DNA of 62,532 nt, counting the filler. It is 4 parts of 4 records of this genome, joined end to end, with 100 filler letters (N's around TTAATTAATTAA, not from the genome) between each part and the next. Parts side by side here need not be neighbours in the genome. Positions count along the whole stretch, not along the records: positions 46,772 to 62,532 come from DRR723986_16010; 3 more parts are not named here. One strand, written 5' to 3'. The notes beneath the pieces are model-generated. The model did no database searches and was not told the DNA's origin. It worked only from the letters and a program-made list of their open reading frames with translations. Positions within the stretch are counted from its first letter, which is position 1. Each line of letters opens with the position of its first letter. This document shows positions 58,443-62,532 of this stretch, piece by piece. Position numbers and translations under genes: made by a program.

Positions 58443-59522
58443 CTACTCGGCAACGATATTTACAAGGGTAACGGGATCAATGCCTGAAAGACGCATAACA
58501 GGCTCAAGCGTAACAGGCTTGCGCGGTAGCACACCCTCCACCGCATCGGCGATCGCCCGAATATGATCTGGTGTTGTGCCGCAACAGCCACCGGTAATAT
58601 TCAACAAACCTTCCTTGGCCCAAGCGCCTAATTGCGCGGCGGTATCTTCCGGCAATTCGTCGTATTCACCCAATTCATTGGGCAATCCTGCATTGGGATA
58701 GACGCAAACGCTGGTGTCAGCAATGGCAGAAAGCGCAACAGCATGCGGCCTGAGATGCTCGGCTCCAAAGGCACAATTCAAACCAATGGAAAAAGGTTTG
58801 GCATGCTTTACGGAATACCAAAAGGCTTCGATGGTTTGCCCAGACAGATTACGCCCCGACATATCTGTCACCGTAAAAGAAATCATCAGCGGCAGGCGTA
58901 CACCTTTTTCCTCAAACACATCTTCCGCTGCAAATATCGCTGCTTTTGCATTCAAACTGTCAAAAATCGTTTCAATTAACAGAATATCGACACCGCCATC
59001 AATCAAGGCTGCAACCTGTTCTTTGTAAGCCTCAACCACCTCATCGAAGGTAACGGCACGGTATCCCGGGTTATTCACATCTGGCGAAATAGACAAGGTT
59101 TTGTTCATAGGGCCGATTGCACCAGCAACAAACCGAGGTTTGTTCGGCGTTTTGACTGTCCATTTATCCGCCGCTTTCCGCGCGCACTTGGCTGCCGCAA
59201 GGTTTAGGTCGATTGCCATGCCTTGCATGTCATAATCAGCAAGTGAAATGCGCGTACAGTTGAATGTATTGGTTTCAATGATGTCAGCACCTGCTGCCAA
59301 AAATTCATCATGAATTTTCTCGATAACTTCAGGCTGTGACACGCATAAAATTTCATTGTTGCCTTTCAGGTCTGACGGCCAGTCAGCAAACTGGCTTCCA
59401 CGGAAGTCTTCCTCTTGCAGTCCTTCACGCTGAATCATTGTGCCCATAGCACCATCCATCATCAGAATTCGCTGATTCACGATCTTCTTTAGACGATCAA
59501 AGGTATCAATATTTACAGACAT
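58443..59522 (-). CDS. metH: Methionine synthase homocysteine-binding subunit (split metH N-terminus)
   Basis: [32 protein letters not shown]. Confidence 0.95.
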   Translation of the reverse strand: MSVNIDTFDRLKKIVNQRILMMDGAMGTMIQREGLQEEDFRGSQFADWPSDLKGNNEILCVSQPEVIEKIHDEFLAAGADIIETNTFNCTRISLADYDMQGMAIDLNLAAAKCARKAADKWTVKTPNKPRFVAGAIGPMNKTLSISPDVNNPGYRAVTFDEVVEAYKEQVAALIDGGVDILLIETIFDSLNAKAAIFAAEDVFEEKGVRLPLMISFTVTDMSGRNLSGQTIEAFWYSVKHAKPFSIGLNCAFGAEHLRPHAVALSAIADTSVCVYPNAGLPNELGEYDELPEDTAAQLGAWAKEGLLNITGGCCGTTPDHIRAIADAVEGVLPRKPVTLEPVMRLSGIDPVTLVNIVAE

Positions 59523-59524
59523 AC

Positions 59525-60445
59525 CTATGCCCCCGCCGTTTCTGTCGTATTGCGATGCCCCAACATATGACACACAGCAAAAGTCAGGTCTGACCGGTTT
59601 AACGTATAAAAATGGAAGTCTTTCACCCCGCCCGCATAGAGTTTGCGGCACATTTCCCCGGCCACGGTCGCAGCTACAAGCGCGCGCGTTTCTGGTTTAT
59701 CGTCAAGGCCATCAAACAGATTACCTAACCATTTAGGAACAGACGCGCCTGTTGATGATGCAAAATTGCTAAGGGTTTTGAAATTGGAAACAGGCAAAAT
59801 ACCGGGAACAATCGGCACATTAATACCAAATGACTGACAATGGTCTAAAAAGCGGAAATATTTATCCGTTTCAAAGAAAAACTGTGTGATTGCGCGGGTC
59901 GCACCTGCATCAATCTTACGTTTCAAATTATCAAGGTCTGCTGCCAAATTAGGGCTGTCCGGATGGATTTCAGGGTAGGCAGCCACCGAAATATCAAAGT
60001 CACTGATTTTACGAATACCCTCAACCAGTTCAGCAGCATTTTGATACCCATCTGGGTGCGGTGCGTAACCATTAGCACCTTCTGGAGGATCACCGCGCAA
60101 AGCCACAATACTCCGAACGCCAGCCGCATGGTAGTCACGAATAACAGTATCAATCTCTTCGCGGCTAGCGCCAACACAAGTAAGGTGCGCAGCTGGCTTC
60201 AAGCTGGTTTCATCAAGTATGCGTTTTACTGTGTTATGGGTTCGTGCACGCGTTGACCCGCCCGCACCGTAGGTCACTGAGACAAATGAAGGGTCCAGCC
60301 CTTCCAGTTTTTTTATGGAAGCCCACAGGGTTTCTTCCATTTTTGGTGTTTTTGGCGGAAAAAACTCAAAGGAAATATTTGCGTCATGTACCGGGGCTGC
60401 GAAAAGTGAGCCGGACCGCGCATGCGTTTCATTAAAATTACTCAT
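59525..60445 (-). CDS. metF: 5,10-methylenetetrahydrofolate reductase
   Basis: [37 protein letters not shown]. Confidence 0.97.
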   Translation of the reverse strand: MSNFNETHARSGSLFAAPVHDANISFEFFPPKTPKMEETLWASIKKLEGLDPSFVSVTYGAGGSTRARTHNTVKRILDETSLKPAAHLTCVGASREEIDTVIRDYHAAGVRSIVALRGDPPEGANGYAPHPDGYQNAAELVEGIRKISDFDISVAAYPEIHPDSPNLAADLDNLKRKIDAGATRAITQFFFETDKYFRFLDHCQSFGINVPIVPGILPVSNFKTLSNFASSTGASVPKWLGNLFDGLDDKPETRALVAATVAGEMCRKLYAGGVKDFHFYTLNRSDLTFAVCHMLGHRNTTETAGA

Positions 60446-61376
60446 TACTGTATCTCTTATCAAACTTCCAAATTGTTACACGCAGGTCACCGCCATCCAA
60501 ATGGGTCACTGAGGCCAGTGAAAGGCCGGCTGCTTTACCCCAACCCGAAAGTTCATCCTCAGAAAAACCCAACCTCCGGTGCGCATGTTGATCGCGCAAA
60601 AACTCATGCTCGTGCGGCGCAAAGTCAGCAATCAGCATCACTCCTTGCGTAGAAAGTGTGCGCGAAGCTTCCGCCAAAGCCTTAGCTGGTTCTTCAGCAA
60701 AATGGAGAACTTGGTGAAACAAAATCAAATCTTGGCTGCCATCCGGCACACCTAAGTCATACATATCCCCGAGGCGTACTTGGCAATGGCTTAAAGCTTC
60801 GTCATCTAATTGTGACCGTGCGATGGCAAGCATAGACCGCGATATATCAATACCAATTGCTTGATCAGCAAGCGGCGCAAACAGTTGCAACATGCGGCCT
60901 GTGCCGGTGCCAACATCTAACAGTGAACGCACATGGTCGCCGCCCTGCTCGGCCAACAGTGCCGCTTCAACCTGCTCTTCAGATACATGCAATGACCGAA
61001 GCTTATTCCATTCATTTGCATTGGCATCGAAATACGCCTGCGCGCGCTCAGCGCGCTCTCGCCGAATCGATACAAGTTGCTGTAAATCAGATAAAAATTC
61101 ATCATTTTCATCGTCTAATAGGTCAACAATTGCGGTATTTAATCGCCCCGCAGGACCAGCCTCAGCCAACCTGTAAAACACCTGCGTGCCTTCTTGAAAC
61201 CTATTAAGTAGGCCGGATTCACCCATCAATTTCAAATGGCGGGACACGCGAGGCTGGCTTTGGCCAAGAATTTGCACAAGCTCACCAACGGTTAATTCCC
61301 CTTTTGAAAGCAAGGCGATAATACGTAATCGGGTTGCTTCACCCGCGCCGCGCAATGCTGCCAAAAGTAGTTCCAT
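60438..61376 (-). CDS. ArsR HTH + SAM-binding methyltransferase-domain regulator (SahR-like)
   Basis: SQPRVSRHLK HTH; LDVGTGTG; HAHRRLGF; first gene of the met operon. Confidence 0.92.
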   Translation of the reverse strand: MELLLAALRGAGEATRLRIIALLSKGELTVGELVQILGQSQPRVSRHLKLMGESGLLNRFQEGTQVFYRLAEAGPAGRLNTAIVDLLDDENDEFLSDLQQLVSIRRERAERAQAYFDANANEWNKLRSLHVSEEQVEAALLAEQGGDHVRSLLDVGTGTGRMLQLFAPLADQAIGIDISRSMLAIARSQLDDEALSHCQVRLGDMYDLGVPDGSQDLILFHQVLHFAEEPAKALAEASRTLSTQGVMLIADFAPHEHEFLRDQHAHRRLGFSEDELSGWGKAAGLSLASVTHLDGGDLRVTIWKFDKRYSNE

Positions 61377-61403
61377 TATAGCCCCTTAAATAATTTCAAA
61401 TGA

Positions 61404-61425
61404 TATATAAAGATTTCTTTATATA
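61404..61425. promoter_or_regulatory. Palindromic operator (SahR-like box) upstream of met operon
   Basis: Perfect TATATAAAGA-TT-TCTTTATATA, 28 bp upstream of the regulator start. Confidence 0.8.
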
Positions 61426-61597
61426 AGTAAAGATGTTTCGCTAAATAACGCTTTCATCAAAAAGTGATAACTACGTGCTTTTGACAAACTGAAAAGCTTG
61501 CTAAAGAGGCCAGATGTTGATGGTTGTACTAGCGTAAACTTTTGCCGGTTAGTTCTGGCAATTAGACAAATTCGTTGAGATACTTTTTATGGAACTG

Positions 61598-62377
61598 ATG
61601 AAATTCACGCGCAATGTGGTTGCCTTAATACTGCTTTCTATCACTGCAGCCTGTGCATCGAATAATGCAACCGTTGATACAGATACACGTGATCCTTACG
61701 AGGAAATGAACCGGAAAATATTCGCGTTCAACAAAGCCTTTGACCGGCAAATTTTCAAACCAATTTCATCAGCATACCAATTCGTTATACCTGACCCGCT
61801 AGAGGACGGCGTAAGTAATGCCATGCGGAACCTGCGAGAACCGTGGGTTTTTATTAATGACATTCTTCAATTCAAGTTCAAACGAGCCCTGACAACACTA
61901 ACCCGCTTTACCCTCAACACCACGGTCGGGGCCGCAGGGCTTTTCAAAGTTTCTGATGGCATGGGGATACCGTATCATTCGGAAGATTTGGGCCAAACCT
62001 TTGCTGCATGGGGCATTGAAGAAAGCCCTTATTTGGTTTTGCCGTTTGTTGGTCCCTCAACGAACCGTGACTTTGTAGGCTTTGCCAGTTCCTTCTTCCT
62101 AGACCCGGTTACCATTGTTCTTAACAATGAAAACCGCTCTGATTTGGTACTCGTCCGCGCAGGAGTTGACGCACTAGATGCACGGGTACAATTGCATGAT
62201 CAATTAGACCAGCTTTATGCTGAAGACGACCCGTATGTGGTTATGCGCTCTCTTTATTTCCAGAATCGGCGATTCCAAATTTATGACGGTGACCCACCCG
62301 TCGATGAAGCGGAAGAAGATTTCTTTGACTCGTTTGAAGACGAAGAAGACGAGATTGAAAACCCAGCTAACAAATAA
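61598..62377 (+). CDS. mlaA: MlaA/VacJ lipoprotein
   Basis: Lipobox ITAC; DPYEEMNR, EDLGQT, PYLVLPFVGPS..RD, DPY..MR..Y.Q.R. Confidence 0.93.
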   Translation: MKFTRNVVALILLSITAACASNNATVDTDTRDPYEEMNRKIFAFNKAFDRQIFKPISSAYQFVIPDPLEDGVSNAMRNLREPWVFINDILQFKFKRALTTLTRFTLNTTVGAAGLFKVSDGMGIPYHSEDLGQTFAAWGIEESPYLVLPFVGPSTNRDFVGFASSFFLDPVTIVLNNENRSDLVLVRAGVDALDARVQLHDQLDQLYAEDDPYVVMRSLYFQNRRFQIYDGDPPVDEAEEDFFDSFEDEEDEIENPANK

Positions 62378-62532
62378 ACGCCCCAATAATATCTAGTTCA
62401 TACTACCTGGCAAACTTGCGGTATTTAATGCGGTGCGGCTGCGTGGCATCAACACCCAAACGACGCTTTTTGTCTTCTTCATACATTTCGAAGTTGCCCT
62501 CAAACCATTCCACATGGCTGTCGCCTTCAAAG

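Overview
The window is four unrelated contigs joined by artificial 100-nt linkers (N44-TTAATTAATTAA-N44) at 14533-14632, 20783-20882 and 46672-46771. It looks like a metagenome concatenation, so no synteny should be read across the linkers. Contig A (1-14532, gammaproteobacterial, Marinobacter-like by inference) starts with an integron gene-cassette array of about 12 same-strand cassettes (24-6621) with no integrase in view. Its attC sites are variously intact, chimeric, core-mutated or truncated. After the array come detoxification and regulatory genes and an AraC / ferredoxin / CYP153 alkane-oxidation locus. Contig B (14633-20782, GC-rich, Rhodobacteraceae-like) carries a TRAP permease fragment, a sulfatase/phosphonate monoester hydrolase, a LysR, a tRNA-Ser-like att remnant, a protein-phosphatase/ADP-ribosylglycohydrolase fusion and an IS3-family left end. 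Contigs C (20883-46671) and D (46772-62532) are mostly alphaproteobacterial core genome: tRNA-Arg, rpoH2, carD, fdxA, helicase, rpmB, cobST, bolA, acnB, a hybrid kinase, an RND pump, split metH-metF with a SahR-like regulator, and mlaA. The strongest candidate for an undescribed system is integron cassette 4 (1846-2619). It has its own sigma70 promoter and a ~145-nt highly structured leader with a predicted pseudoknot or kissing loop and repeated motifs. It encodes a small uncharacterised helical protein, and both recombination cores of its attC are mutated. All product calls come from motif recognition, not database searches.
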